37,632 nucleotides of DNA from a virus (lineage: Duplodnaviria; Caudoviricetes). Each line of letters begins with the position of its first letter. The first letter of the stretch is position 1. Location of the stretch: positions 1 to 37,632 of IMG/VR virus record IMGVR_UViG_3300020043_002248. One strand, given 5' to 3'. The translations under genes and the position numbers were made by a program. The notes beneath the pieces are model-generated. The model was not told the origin of the DNA. It made no database searches and worked only from the letters and a program-made list of their open reading frames with translations. This document shows, one piece after another, positions 1 through 9,560 of the stretch.

Positions 1-121
1 GCATTCATCCTCAACATAGTGCTTATTTCATTCGTCGCGTCCGTAGCGATGCCAAAGATCCGCTTACTTCTTTCTTGAAGGATGCTGGTTTCCCTTGGGA
101 GCCTTGTGTCATGAAGCCTGA
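1..121. repeat. Exact terminal direct repeat (copy at 37512-37632); circular assembly overlap
   Basis: The first 121 nt are identical to the last 121 nt, and the repeat lies in frame inside the RNR coding sequence. Confidence 0.95.
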
Positions 122-518
122 ATCCACTGTGATCTTTAGCTTTCCAATGAAGACACCTCAAGGTGCTCGTCTACGTGAAGATTTGTCAGCTTTGGAACAC
201 TTGGACCTGTGGTTGACATTCCAGCGTCACTGGTGTGAGCATAAGCCTTCAGTTACAATCTCAGTCAATGAGAATGAGTGGCCTAAAGTAGGAGCATGGA
301 CATGGGAGAACTTCGATGAAATCACTGGTGTATCGTACTTACCGATGGATGGTGGAACTTATCGTCAAGCTCCCTATGAATCCATTGACGAGAATACGTA
401 TGCTGAGCTTCTTAATGGGATGCCGACTACGATTGATTGGGATCAAATGAAGGAAGTCACTGACAACGTGGAAGGTGCTCAGACCCTAAGTTGTACAGCA
501 GGAGGATGTGAAATATGA
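1..518 (+). CDS. nrdJ: Class II ribonucleotide reductase, C-terminal part (continues from 36131 across the junction)
   Basis: In frame with the ORF starting at 36131; motifs WCEHKPSVT, GVSYLP, YRQAPYE and C-terminal CxxxxC redox pair (CTAGGCEI). Confidence 0.93.
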   Translation, partial: IHPQHSAYFIRRVRSDAKDPLTSFLKDAGFPWEPCVMKPESTVIFSFPMKTPQGARLREDLSALEHLDLWLTFQRHWCEHKPSVTISVNENEWPKVGAWTWENFDEITGVSYLPMDGGTYRQAPYESIDENTYAELLNGMPTTIDWDQMKEVTDNVEGAQTLSCTAGGCEI

Positions 519-715
519 TGAATACTGACCGTAGATTAAAAGTTTTTGAAGAACGTGAACATTTAGATTATTTAATTGGTAAACTTGAAATGTTTTTAGA
601 CTCTAAAGAAAGCGAACAAGTGGGGGAAGAAGAAGTAACACGGCTTAGAAGTCAGTTATATTTTATGACAAAGTACTCACAAGTTTTAACAGAGAGGCTA
701 GAAGCGTCTAAATGA
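515..715 (+). CDS. Small helical phage protein (resembles crAss001_48-related family)
   Basis: ATGA overlaps with neighbours; pattern EERxxLDxxIxKLxxF...QLxxMxxYSxVLxERL recognised by eye. Confidence 0.6.
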   Translation: MMNTDRRLKVFEEREHLDYLIGKLEMFLDSKESEQVGEEEVTRLRSQLYFMTKYSQVLTERLEASK

Positions 716-903
716 AGACTATTGTATACACCAAGGATAACTGCCCTGCGTGCGTGCAACTGAAGACGAAGTTGACTCTGGAAGGGGTTGACTTCGTTGA
801 GGTTCACTTAGGCAAGGATATGACTATTGAAGCCTTTAAGGAGAAGTTCCCTACGGTACGTTCTGTACCCCACATGATCTACTCAAAGGATGAAACATGG
901 TAA
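712..903 (+). CDS. Glutaredoxin / NrdH-like redoxin
   Basis: VYTKDNCPAC (CxxC) and RSVP cis-Pro motif; next to the RNR. Confidence 0.9.
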   Translation: MKTIVYTKDNCPACVQLKTKLTLEGVDFVEVHLGKDMTIEAFKEKFPTVRSVPHMIYSKDETW

Positions 904-922
904 GCGACAAAGGAGCGAACGT

Positions 923-1075
923 ATGGTAATAGACTTTAACTGGTCAGGAGGTCTTGTACTAGGTCTTGTACATACGGATGAGGCTATAGTGGAGACTGAT
1001 GAAGATAACTTTGAATTCTGTCAAGCTGTCATCATCCACTTAGGATTCTTTAACATAGCGATCCTATTCTTCTAA
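923..1075 (+). CDS. Hypothetical protein (50 aa)
   Basis: AGGAG at 911-915 favours ATG 923 over the track start at 890. Confidence 0.6.
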   Translation: MVIDFNWSGGLVLGLVHTDEAIVETDEDNFEFCQAVIIHLGFFNIAILFF

Positions 1076-1086
1076 CCCTAGAAACT

Positions 1087-1113
1087 AAGAAGCCCTCTTT
1101 CGAGGGCTTTTTT
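1087..1113. terminator. Rho-independent terminator where the two arms converge, probably bidirectional
   Basis: AAGCCCTC-TTTC-GAGGGCTT stem-loop followed by a T run on +; weaker T-rich tail on -. Confidence 0.85.
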
Positions 1114-1114
1114 G

Positions 1115-1567
1115 TTACGCCTTATGATACTGTTCTTCAGTCAAGATACCGGGTTTGTACTTGTTCTCAGGACGGTAGATAGTTAGCTCTTGTTGACGCA
1201 TCTCAGGGGCAAAGGAGATGTGCATCCAACGACCAAACTCATGGATCATCTGGTCAAACTTGATACCTGCCTTCTGTACTTCCTGACACAGTTGCAAAGG
1301 AGTCAATTTAGAGCTAGATACATCGATAGCCCAACCATCCATGTGAGAAGAGACTTTAGAGCCTCCAACAGCCACGTTAACGGCTGGTAGACGCAACCAA
1401 GAGTTAATCTTCAGAGGGCCAGTAACAGCACGTAGCTGCTCTAGCTTCTGAGCTGCAATCTTCATGTTCTCAAGTTGAACAGTAGAAGGTTGATTGTCGA
1501 TACCTTGACGTACAGCTGTCTCACTGTAAGTGGCTTCTTCAAGGGTGAAGTGTTCACTGAGGTTCAT
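1115..1567 (-). CDS. Endolysin, peptidase M15A (Zn D-Ala-D-Ala carboxypeptidase-like)
   Basis: HFTLEE N-terminus, SWLRxPxVNxAVGG, SxHxxGxAxD (SSHMDGWAID) and WMHISF motifs. Confidence 0.88.
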   Translation of the reverse strand: MNLSEHFTLEEATYSETAVRQGIDNQPSTVQLENMKIAAQKLEQLRAVTGPLKINSWLRLPAVNVAVGGSKVSSHMDGWAIDVSSSKLTPLQLCQEVQKAGIKFDQMIHEFGRWMHISFAPEMRQQELTIYRPENKYKPGILTEEQYHKA

Positions 1568-1570
1568 AGC

Positions 1571-1855
1571 TTATTCTCCTTCTTTAGTGGGGGCTGGTGA
1601 GCTTTTACGGCCTGAGATAGCACCCATAGCACCAACACCCATAAAGGCAATAGCTTTGAGGATCTCAAGGAATACAGCGTCGATAGGGGCTAAGTCACCT
1701 GTCTGCTCTTCAAAACCAATGAGCCACAGTACACCGAAGGCAATAATCATTACCATACAAGTGATAGAACGAACGACAAAAGCCCATGTACGGATCTCAA
1801 TCTCTTGTTCTGTTAGAGGTGGTTTATTAATCCACTGTTGAATTAGTTCTTTCAT
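1571..1855 (-). CDS. Two-TM membrane protein in the lysis module (holin/antiholin candidate)
   Basis: Two hydrophobic segments and a basic tail; lies between holin and endolysin. Confidence 0.6.
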   Translation of the reverse strand: MKELIQQWINKPPLTEQEIEIRTWAFVVRSITCMVMIIAFGVLWLIGFEEQTGDLAPIDAVFLEILKAIAFMGVGAMGAISGRKSSPAPTKEGE

Positions 1856-1856
1856 A

Positions 1857-2309
1857 TTACTTCTTTACCTTATCGGCTAGTTTTTCCATTGTCCTACCAC
1901 CGAAGTAGAAAGACATCACGAGCATTCCCCACTGACCTAAGAGTTCCACATAAGCACCTCTAGTCTCATAATTGAAAATAGAGGCAATAGCGAAGCCACT
2001 GTAGGCCACCAGAAGGAATATAAGCACCATAGGACGGATGTTCTTAGACAACCATGAGTCAGAGGCCATATCAGCCTTCATACGCTCCGTCAGGTTTGTT
2101 TGTTCAATCTCGTACTCTTTACAATCAATCTCTTTGAGCTTAGCAGCCATCTCAGGATTGTCTTTAAGAGCTTGAGTAACTGCGCTAGGAGTAGCTTCTA
2201 CGCCCAACTTAGCAGCGATAGCGTTCATAGCCATACCACCCATTGGACCCATCACAGCCGTAGCTAGTGCAGGTGCTGCATTTTTAAGCAGGTTCATTAA
2301 TTCATTCAT
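1857..2309 (-). CDS. Holin, GTA 3TM-holin-like family
   Basis: DSWLSKNIRP followed by hydrophobic helices and FYFGGRTMEK. Confidence 0.78.
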   Translation of the reverse strand: MNELMNLLKNAAPALATAVMGPMGGMAMNAIAAKLGVEATPSAVTQALKDNPEMAAKLKEIDCKEYEIEQTNLTERMKADMASDSWLSKNIRPMVLIFLLVAYSGFAIASIFNYETRGAYVELLGQWGMLVMSFYFGGRTMEKLADKVKK

Positions 2310-2318
2310 GTTATTTCC

Positions 2319-2465
2319 TTATCTGGGGCAAGTCTGTACATGATCTTGTACAATAATATATAGATAGAGTTCAAACGGTAAGATAATAAAGAACAGCAAC
2401 GTAAGCAGTATCAGGAAGCTTATGTAGGCTGTCTCGCTAGAAGAATTGCTATTGTTAGTCCCCAT
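2319..2465 (-). CDS. Small single-TM protein; start uncertain (2465 or 2501)
   Basis: Hydrophobic stretch ISFLILLTLLFFIILPF; overlaps the 3' end of the upstream gene. Confidence 0.45.
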   Translation of the reverse strand: MGTNNSNSSSETAYISFLILLTLLFFIILPFELYLYIIVQDHVQTCPR

Positions 2466-3187
2466 GTTTCCATCACTATTAAAGCCATTACTACGACCCA
2501 AGCTATTCTTTGTCTAATCTTATTGATAAGCCTGTGCTTCTTTAAAACTTCTTCTTTCCTTTGTTTCAAGGCTCTCAGGTGAGTTATTTCTTGTTTCTCT
2601 TGCACTATCCCAAACATCTCAATAACATCTGTGTAGAGAGCACCTAGCTCAGGAGGACTCTGATAGATCATTACCTCTCTGATCTCCTTCTGAGCCTTCT
2701 CCATCTCCTTCTTAGCTATAACTAAGTCAAGGGAGACATCAAGTAACTCATCAGGTTCAATGAACTCAGTATCAATACGTAGCTGTTGTGTCTCTATCTT
2801 ATGTTGAATGGCTATCATGGCCTTGAAGAATACCTTCAAGTTCTTGATTAGCTCATTCTTGATACCTTGTTCATCGTACTCTAGCGGAGGAGCTTTCTCA
2901 GCCTTCTTTTCCTTAACCTCAGTCTTAGTATCATTAGAAACCTCTATGCGGTCAGCACTTGTGCGTTGATTAGGTGGCTTAATCGCCTCAGATTTTGAGG
3001 TGAATAGACTCTGAATGAATCCCCATATACCTGTACTGACTTGAGTTACCTCAGTTGCTATCCCTTTGACTTCATCGAAGGTCTTCTTAGCTTTAAGGAC
3101 AGTACCTTTATATTCTTTATATAGCTCACATCCCTGCTGGATAGCCTCAACAGCCTTGAGAGCACCAGCAAGGATTAAGAGAGGCAT
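2420..3187 (-). CDS. Coiled-coil protein with C-terminal TM helix, function unknown
   Basis: 255 aa; K/E-rich helical body and terminal IAWVVVMALIVM...LTIAILL. Confidence 0.7.
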   Translation of the reverse strand: MPLLILAGALKAVEAIQQGCELYKEYKGTVLKAKKTFDEVKGIATEVTQVSTGIWGFIQSLFTSKSEAIKPPNQRTSADRIEVSNDTKTEVKEKKAEKAPPLEYDEQGIKNELIKNLKVFFKAMIAIQHKIETQQLRIDTEFIEPDELLDVSLDLVIAKKEMEKAQKEIREVMIYQSPPELGALYTDVIEMFGIVQEKQEITHLRALKQRKEEVLKKHRLINKIRQRIAWVVVMALIVMETWGLTIAILLARQPT

Positions 3188-3190
3188 GTC

Positions 3191-4837
3191 TTATCGGTTA
3201 ATATCAGTCGCTATAGGAGCACCAAATAAGCCTCCTGCCGTAGGAGCTGCCTGCTGAAGTTGAGCGCCCAACTGACGAGCTAGATCAGGACGAGAACGAA
3301 GCAACGCATCCATAGCTTTCTTACCGGCATCTGTATACATCAAAGCAGCTACAGGAGAGGCAGCCAGAGCAACAGCACTACCGCCAAGGTTAGACAAGGC
3401 TAGACGACCTTCAAGCGTAGAAGCAGAATCTTTACCTAATGTTTCCATAGCTGATTCAGCAACATCTTGACCACGAGCTGTACCCCGAGCAAAGGAACGC
3501 TTTTGACGACTTACATCAGCTTGACGGACAGCTGTTTGGTAGTTCTTAGGCGTAAAGACACCGTTCACAGCTCCGCCGTTAGCAGCTGCGCGTTCCATCA
3601 CAGACAAGTCACCGTAAGCGCTGTCTACTCGGCGCAGCTGAGGAGTCATTTTAGGGTTCTGGTTATACAGTTCTTTCTTAAATACATCTAAAGTATTACG
3701 AAGAGCTTCGCCAATGTTACGATCAGCTGCTGTAGGACTACTCAAGTATTTAGAAGCTTCCTGACGTAGATCAGATTCAATAGCTTTGTATTCAGCACCT
3801 GTTAGCGTAGGTTTATCAAAACGGTTTAGTGCTACTTTATTAAGCACGTTAATAGCTGTTTCTTTTTCAGCGGCAGAAGGCAGATTGGCTTTATTTAAAG
3901 CTCCGAGAATACCAGATGTTGTCTTAAAATCTAAGTTGAAGTTAATCTTGCCGAGCACGTCGTCATACTTATTTGACACTTGTTCAGCAGCATAAGACAC
4001 AGCATCACGGCCTACAACATTAGCTGGAAGTTTATCGTCAATTTTGCCAAGGGCTTTGTTAATAACACCTTTGTTAAAATCAAACAGAACTTTCTCACGA
4101 GCACTGCGAACTGCTTCACCAATCAATGGAAGATTCTGTGCAAAGTCTTCAGCTTTACGATAAGCTCCACCGAGTGCTTGACCTACAGTAGGGGTTACAC
4201 CGAGTTCACGCATTGTTTGCTCAGCTTTTGTAACCAAAGGATTCAAAGCAGTACCTACAGCTTTTGTAGCAACAGCTCCTAACTGTCCTCCAATAGCTCC
4301 AGTAGCTACTTGTCCTGCCTTTGTTGTAGCAAAATCCTCAGTCTCTGTAGTAGGAGTCAAAGCACCTTGAATAGCGCCAGCAACCACAGGAGCAGCACGC
4401 ACACCAGCAGCAAAGTTAGCAGGGTTAATCACGTTTCCAGCAATACGTCCGACATCAAGGCCTTCAGCTCCAGATGCTGCTCGTTGTTGAGCATACTTCT
4501 CTTGCTCCGCTTTAACCATCTGGTCTACACGTTGAGCTTCAGAACCAAAGAACTGACTTACAGGATTAGGAGTCAATCCACCTAACGATGTAATAGCTTC
4601 TAAACCACGAGGAAGCAGTTGAGCACCTCCGCTGATAGGGTCTTTTAAGCCCATAGCAAAACCGCTATTGATATTGCCTGTGTTAACGTCCGTAGGAGAC
4701 ATTGCTGATGTAGGAGCCATACCAAAGTCTTGGGCAGTAGCTAGACCAGCTTTAATAGCCTTTTGCATCACCTGCTCTTTGGTTGTCCCCTCTGGTACAC
4801 CTTGAATTACCGTACCGTTTGGGAGTTCAATATCCAT
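3191..4837 (-). CDS. Putative internal virion / DNA ejection protein
   Basis: 548 aa, A/G-rich, third of three genes after the tail nozzle; positional call. Confidence 0.65.
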   Translation of the reverse strand: MDIELPNGTVIQGVPEGTTKEQVMQKAIKAGLATAQDFGMAPTSAMSPTDVNTGNINSGFAMGLKDPISGGAQLLPRGLEAITSLGGLTPNPVSQFFGSEAQRVDQMVKAEQEKYAQQRAASGAEGLDVGRIAGNVINPANFAAGVRAAPVVAGAIQGALTPTTETEDFATTKAGQVATGAIGGQLGAVATKAVGTALNPLVTKAEQTMRELGVTPTVGQALGGAYRKAEDFAQNLPLIGEAVRSAREKVLFDFNKGVINKALGKIDDKLPANVVGRDAVSYAAEQVSNKYDDVLGKINFNLDFKTTSGILGALNKANLPSAAEKETAINVLNKVALNRFDKPTLTGAEYKAIESDLRQEASKYLSSPTAADRNIGEALRNTLDVFKKELYNQNPKMTPQLRRVDSAYGDLSVMERAAANGGAVNGVFTPKNYQTAVRQADVSRQKRSFARGTARGQDVAESAMETLGKDSASTLEGRLALSNLGGSAVALAASPVAALMYTDAGKKAMDALLRSRPDLARQLGAQLQQAAPTAGGLFGAPIATDINR

Positions 4838-4845
4838 ATATTTCC

Positions 4846-5835
4846 TTAGAGGTCAGAAAATTTAATAACTTTTTGAGGAGCTGTCGGTGTTACTGGCGCA
4901 ACTTGTTTTGCCATACCCGGCATATTGAGAGCACGTTGTTTAGCTTCTTCGAGGGAAGTCTTAATTTTTACAACTTGAGCATCAAACTCTTTCTGTTTCA
5001 TCTTAGGATCGAGAGCGCCAACAGCAGCTGTAAGTTTCTTACCTTCAGCATCTGACAAAGCACCCATACCTTTAAGAGCTGCCACTTGAGGAATAAAGGT
5101 TTGAGCTTTAAATGTTTCCAACTGAGAAGCAAAACCAGCAGCATCAGTACCGGGGATCATGGAAGCTACCCCACCTGTCAAAGCCCCAACAACTGACTTC
5201 TTGCCGGGATGAGTAGAAATAACATTAAGAGTGTCCAAAGCACTGTCAAACGCCGCTACTTTACCTTGAGCTTGTGATTGCAAGGTTGCTTGTTTTTCAT
5301 CAGCTTTAACCTTCAAATCTTCAATTCGTTGTTCAATCAACTGACGTTGGACATCGCTATTAGCTCCACGTAAAGCAGAATTCATCTGAGCGATCTGAGC
5401 CATCAAAGCATTACGTTCCGAGGCAATCTGTTCAGCACTCTGAATCTTCTCACGGCCTAGTGTGAGTGCTTGTTCACGTGCTGCTTGTTTCTCGTCAATC
5501 TTAGCTTGTAGTTCAGTAGCTCGTTGAGAAGCAACTACGGCTCCTTGGAGATCTCCAGCAGCTTGTAGTTCTTTAGCGTAAGTGGACCATCCTGTAGAAG
5601 TAGCCAAATCTTTACCTTGAGCTAGTTGATTACGAGCTGTAGCAAGCCTCAGCATAGGATCTTCACCGCCCAAGGCACGGCCTAGTTGACCGCCTGCGAA
5701 GTACTGAGAAGCAACAGCACGTTGCATAGGGTCTTGAGCTGCGTAAGCGCGTGCTTGCTCCATCTGAGCTTGCTGCTGACCAAGTTGGTATTGTTCAGGA
5801 GTCTGAAACAACCCCATAATAGAATCTGTAGCCAT
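4846..5835 (-). CDS. Putative internal virion / DNA ejection protein
   Basis: 329 aa, Q/A-rich helical with GALSDAEG motif; positional call. Confidence 0.65.
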   Translation of the reverse strand: MATDSIMGLFQTPEQYQLGQQQAQMEQARAYAAQDPMQRAVASQYFAGGQLGRALGGEDPMLRLATARNQLAQGKDLATSTGWSTYAKELQAAGDLQGAVVASQRATELQAKIDEKQAAREQALTLGREKIQSAEQIASERNALMAQIAQMNSALRGANSDVQRQLIEQRIEDLKVKADEKQATLQSQAQGKVAAFDSALDTLNVISTHPGKKSVVGALTGGVASMIPGTDAAGFASQLETFKAQTFIPQVAALKGMGALSDAEGKKLTAAVGALDPKMKQKEFDAQVVKIKTSLEEAKQRALNMPGMAKQVAPVTPTAPQKVIKFSDL

Positions 5836-5845
5836 GTCTTATTCC

Positions 5846-6862
5846 TTATTCACCGTACCATGTCTCACCAGCGCCTAAGACACCAGCAAAAGGATTACCA
5901 CCAGAGTATATATTAGATAGACCTGAATAGTCAATATTGCTTATATTTAGTCCACTGGGAGAGCCTGTATATGTGCTACCACCACCGAACAAACCACTCA
6001 AGCCTGATCCAATAGCGTTTTGAAGTTGAGGATTAGCTAAGAAGTTAGCTGTAGGGTTGTATGCAGCTGCTTGGTATGTATATGGAGTCAACGCACGAGC
6101 TGCTGAAGAAGCTTGACCGCCCAATTCAGAGCCTAAACCAAGAGCTTGCTGACCAGCTTGTTCAACTTGACCCATAGTGCCAAAGCCAGCCTTGAATGGC
6201 TCATAAGCACCCGAAGCCAAGCCTTGACCAAACTTAATCTGATTCTGAGCTGCCGTGTCAGCACCTGCTGCGATCTGAGCATTCTGCTGAGCAAGGGAGT
6301 TATAATACGCAGCCATCTCAGGGTTAGTAGCTGCCATGTCACCAGCTGTAGTAGCTCCTGTAGCTAGGCCACCACGACCTGTCTGGAATAGACGGTTACG
6401 AATGCCTGCTAATTGCTGTTCTTGCTGAGGCGCTAACAAACCTTGTTGCTGTTGAACATAACGCTGACGCACAGCATCAGGAGACTCACCGAGGTACTGA
6501 GAGGCAAGACCTTGGAGTTGTTGTCCTTGCAGCAAACCCTGACCTGTCATACCAGAAAGTTGGTTCTGATAAGCTTGAGCCTCGGGAGATAAGTTATATC
6601 CCGCGCCAGTTAAACGACCTGAAGGATCAAACTGAAAGCCTGAAGACCCAAAGCGAGTAGTTGTACCTATAGGACGGAACTGCCCCGCTTGAGCCACTTG
6701 CTGTGAAGCTTGTTGAGCAGACTGACCTGCCTGTTGTGAACCAAGCATACCTACACCGCTAGCAATCAAAGCAGGATTACCTGTATAGACACCAGCGGCT
6801 GTTGTAGCTATAGGCGCTACATCCTGAAATATATCTGTAATACCTGAAACAAGGCCGCCCAT
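5846..6862 (-). CDS. Putative internal virion (pilot-like) protein
   Basis: 338 aa, G/Q/A-rich with hydrophobic N-terminus; first of the ejection trio. Confidence 0.65.
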   Translation of the reverse strand: MGGLVSGITDIFQDVAPIATTAAGVYTGNPALIASGVGMLGSQQAGQSAQQASQQVAQAGQFRPIGTTTRFGSSGFQFDPSGRLTGAGYNLSPEAQAYQNQLSGMTGQGLLQGQQLQGLASQYLGESPDAVRQRYVQQQQGLLAPQQEQQLAGIRNRLFQTGRGGLATGATTAGDMAATNPEMAAYYNSLAQQNAQIAAGADTAAQNQIKFGQGLASGAYEPFKAGFGTMGQVEQAGQQALGLGSELGGQASSAARALTPYTYQAAAYNPTANFLANPQLQNAIGSGLSGLFGGGSTYTGSPSGLNISNIDYSGLSNIYSGGNPFAGVLGAGETWYGE

Positions 6863-6863
6863 A

Positions 6864-7169
6864 TTATTTACTCCAACTGTAGATATAGGCTTTAGAGCCG
6901 TTGTTTAACATAATCGTTTCCTTCTTAGTCCAACCTACTTTTTCACCAAACTTAGCTAATTTACTGTTGTCTTCTGTGACTAGAGCTATTAACGGTAAGG
7001 GTACTAAAGATTGTAAGGTTTTTAAATCTTTTATAAATTCTTGTTTTATCTTAGATGTCCACTCAAGCACATCAGTGTGGAACCATAGTTGATTGTTCCA
7101 AAACTCCAAGTACATTACATACGAGTCTCGAACAACAACAGGTGTCTTTACACTCTTAGTAGCTTCCAC
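6864..7169 (-). CDS. Virion assembly protein, possibly GNAT-like; start uncertain (GTG 7169 or ATG 7115)
   Basis: Sits between tail and ejection genes as T7 gp13 and P22 gp14 do; NSKLAKFGEKVGW resembles a GNAT C-terminal motif. Confidence 0.55.
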   Translation of the reverse strand: MEATKSVKTPVVVRDSYVMYLEFWNNQLWFHTDVLEWTSKIKQEFIKDLKTLQSLVPLPLIALVTEDNSKLAKFGEKVGWTKKETIMLNNGSKAYIYSWSK

Positions 7170-7359
7170 AGTCAACAGTGTACGTACCGCTAAGAGTGCC
7201 TGACAAAGCAGGACTAGCAGCATCTGCCTTAGAGTTAACAGCTGTGGAGATAGCTTCAAATTCAGCAGTTATTTCAGTGCCTTTAACAAGCTTATTTGTG
7301 TCTCCTGTAGCCAAGGAATCCTTAGCTGCAAAATCCACTGCAATAGTATAGTTACTCAT
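7156..7359 (-). CDS. Short tail protein (fibre/needle anchor domain only)
   Basis: MSNYTxAxxFAAKDSL...KGTEIxxEFxAI...NSKAD resembles N-termini of podophage fibre proteins; 67 aa. Confidence 0.65.
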   Translation of the reverse strand: MSNYTIAVDFAAKDSLATGDTNKLVKGTEITAEFEAISTAVNSKADAASPALSGTLSGTYTVDCGSY

Positions 7360-7360
7360 A

Positions 7361-8899
7361 TTATATTGTCCGTCCTAATTTAGCAAATACATCCATCTTC
7401 TGAACGCTTAACTCAAAACTGTTGATGTCCACTTCAATGCCGAATTGGAACACAGTACCACTACCTGAACCTTGGATACGCTGATTATCAAAGACAACAC
7501 CTGCTGTCCATTCAGCTAAACCCCATTCAGCTACATTATATTCAGATACTGACCTAGAACCCATAATGATGTTTCTAGTCTGGTACGTAGGGCTATAATC
7601 AAAGGAATACTTAACAATTACGTTGGCTTGATTACCACCGATAAGAGTAAAGCCTAGTTTCTTCAAGATCTTAATTGTCTGAGCTTGTCCTAAGTCAAAC
7701 CAGTTAGAGTAGTAAGCCATACGGTATCTAGCTGTACGATCTAGATTACCAGTGTAGTAGCCTACGTAGCTTGTAAAACCCATTAGAACTTCTTTATCAC
7801 GATTAGAGAACAACGCTTTAGGAACTAAGTTCCATGTTGTAACCCTTGCAGCACCGTTGGGAAGAGCAGCTCGTGTGTCGAAGCAGTATGTACGCCCCTT
7901 AGTAGGGAATGTAATGAGGTAGAAAGCATTGCTATCTGAGTACACAGCCTTGATGTTAGCCAGAGTCTCAGCGTTGAGGTCTTCTACCAAGTCATCACGC
8001 ACGTTGGCGCTAATGTCGCGGAAAGGAGCACTCTTCTCTTGGACAGTGCGTGAAAGACTACGCACACCGCTATCAGACAAGAAGATAACGTCAGTGCCTG
8101 TCAAAGCAACAGAGTCACGAGCACAGCAACCAATACCAGACACTGTGTCATGCAAAGACATAGCGGCAGGATCGTTAGCGCCTGTGTACACTAGGATTTG
8201 ACGACGACCAAAGATGTATAGGAAGCCGTTGTGAGCGGACAAAGCAACAATCTCATCTGCACCATTAGGCCACACTTCAGAGACATCAAGAGAGCCTGCT
8301 GTACCGGTAGACACGATATGACCAGCTAATAGGTCGCTAAATTGAACTGTAGATTTGCTGGAAGAATTACTGGCTGACCAGATACGACCATAGGCGCTGA
8401 TAACACAGTTATTCTGAGCTAATGTTCCCAATGCACCTGTCTTCTCAGAGACACGCTTAAACGTGGTTGTAGACACAGCAGGGTCGAACACTAAAGGATC
8501 ATAACCAGATTGATACAAGTAAAGGACTCCATTCAAAGGAGCCATCTGCCAGTTGTTTGTTGTGATTGTAGGAGCTGTACCACCACCACCGTATGTCAAT
8601 ACAGTCAGTGTACCGCTTGAGAGCTTAAACAGCTTGTTGTTACCTGCACAGATAGTGTAGCTAGTACCGTCGTTACCAATAAGCTCACCAATAGCTTGAA
8701 TAGGATTACTACCTAAATCAGAGCTAGTTGAGTTCTTAGCTAACCAGCCTTTACGAGCACCAATACGACCAAACTTATCAATGACACAGTTATTAGCAAC
8801 CGTGGCAAATCCTGACTCAAGAGTTACAGAACTGTCTTGAGTATTGATCCCTTTAAAGCCGGGAGCTGCAATGGATGATCCTACGAGTTGTTCAGCCAT
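7361..8899 (-). CDS. Tail nozzle / stabilisation protein (P22 gp10 or T7 gp12-like)
   Basis: 512 aa, beta-rich propeller-like sequence directly after the adaptor gene. Confidence 0.78.
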   Translation of the reverse strand: MAEQLVGSSIAAPGFKGINTQDSSVTLESGFATVANNCVIDKFGRIGARKGWLAKNSTSSDLGSNPIQAIGELIGNDGTSYTICAGNNKLFKLSSGTLTVLTYGGGGTAPTITTNNWQMAPLNGVLYLYQSGYDPLVFDPAVSTTTFKRVSEKTGALGTLAQNNCVISAYGRIWSASNSSSKSTVQFSDLLAGHIVSTGTAGSLDVSEVWPNGADEIVALSAHNGFLYIFGRRQILVYTGANDPAAMSLHDTVSGIGCCARDSVALTGTDVIFLSDSGVRSLSRTVQEKSAPFRDISANVRDDLVEDLNAETLANIKAVYSDSNAFYLITFPTKGRTYCFDTRAALPNGAARVTTWNLVPKALFSNRDKEVLMGFTSYVGYYTGNLDRTARYRMAYYSNWFDLGQAQTIKILKKLGFTLIGGNQANVIVKYSFDYSPTYQTRNIIMGSRSVSEYNVAEWGLAEWTAGVVFDNQRIQGSGSGTVFQFGIEVDINSFELSVQKMDVFAKLGRTI

Positions 8900-8901
8900 G
8901 A

Positions 8902-9555
8902 TTAAGGTGCAATCCAGTTCATCTCTTCAGAGTAACGATTACGCTCAATGGCAATCTCGTTAGCCAGAGCATTCTTGTACAAAGCGTAAGCTTCTGAAGA
9001 TAAGTTACCACCGTCTTCACCACGTTCAGCGATAGCTTTAGCGTATGCCAACATAGCTACCAAGTGAGCAGGTACTAGCACACGTGTTGTGTTAGCAGTC
9101 AGTTCAGCTTGAGGAATAACCAAGTTAAAACGAATAGAGTAAACGCCATCAGGACGCTCAAAGAGGTCAACCTGTGTGTCTCCGTTACTGTCTACACCGT
9201 TGAAGTTGTAGTACATTGGACTACCTCTATCATTGTCAGACGTAAACAAAAAGCGTTGAGTCATCCAAGAGGTAGGAGCATTCTGCAACAAGATGTTGTT
9301 TGTGTCGTTAACCACATCAATGACACGGAAACGAGTACCTGCACCTGTCAAAGTGTAGTTATAAGTGCCAGCAGTTGTGCTAACTGTAACAGTAGAAGAC
9401 AAAGCATTCCACTCAGTAGCATCCTCAACCTCACGTTTGGCATCATTAACAAAGACACCAAGCATAGAAGAGTAAGGAGTATCGTCAACGCTCTGCACTG
9501 TAGGCTCACGAAGCCTACGCAGTACGTTATTGACTGTCTCTAAATAAGTAGCCAT
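8902..9555 (-). CDS. Head-tail adaptor (tail tubular protein A-like)
   Basis: TYLETVNNVLRRLRE N-terminus typical of podovirus adaptors; 217 aa. Confidence 0.78.
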   Translation of the reverse strand: MATYLETVNNVLRRLREPTVQSVDDTPYSSMLGVFVNDAKREVEDATEWNALSSTVTVSTTAGTYNYTLTGAGTRFRVIDVVNDTNNILLQNAPTSWMTQRFLFTSDNDRGSPMYYNFNGVDSNGDTQVDLFERPDGVYSIRFNLVIPQAELTANTTRVLVPAHLVAMLAYAKAIAERGEDGGNLSSEAYALYKNALANEIAIERNRYSEEMNWIAP

Positions 9556-9560
9556 ATTCC

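Noticed and set aside
1-121. Terminal direct repeat as a biological DTR
   Set aside because: It falls in the middle of the RNR reading frame and its length fits an assembler k-mer overlap; real ends more likely lie in 21035-22086
75-518. Stand-alone 147 aa protein or split RNR
   Set aside because: It is in frame with 36131-37632 across the circular junction, so it is one intact gene
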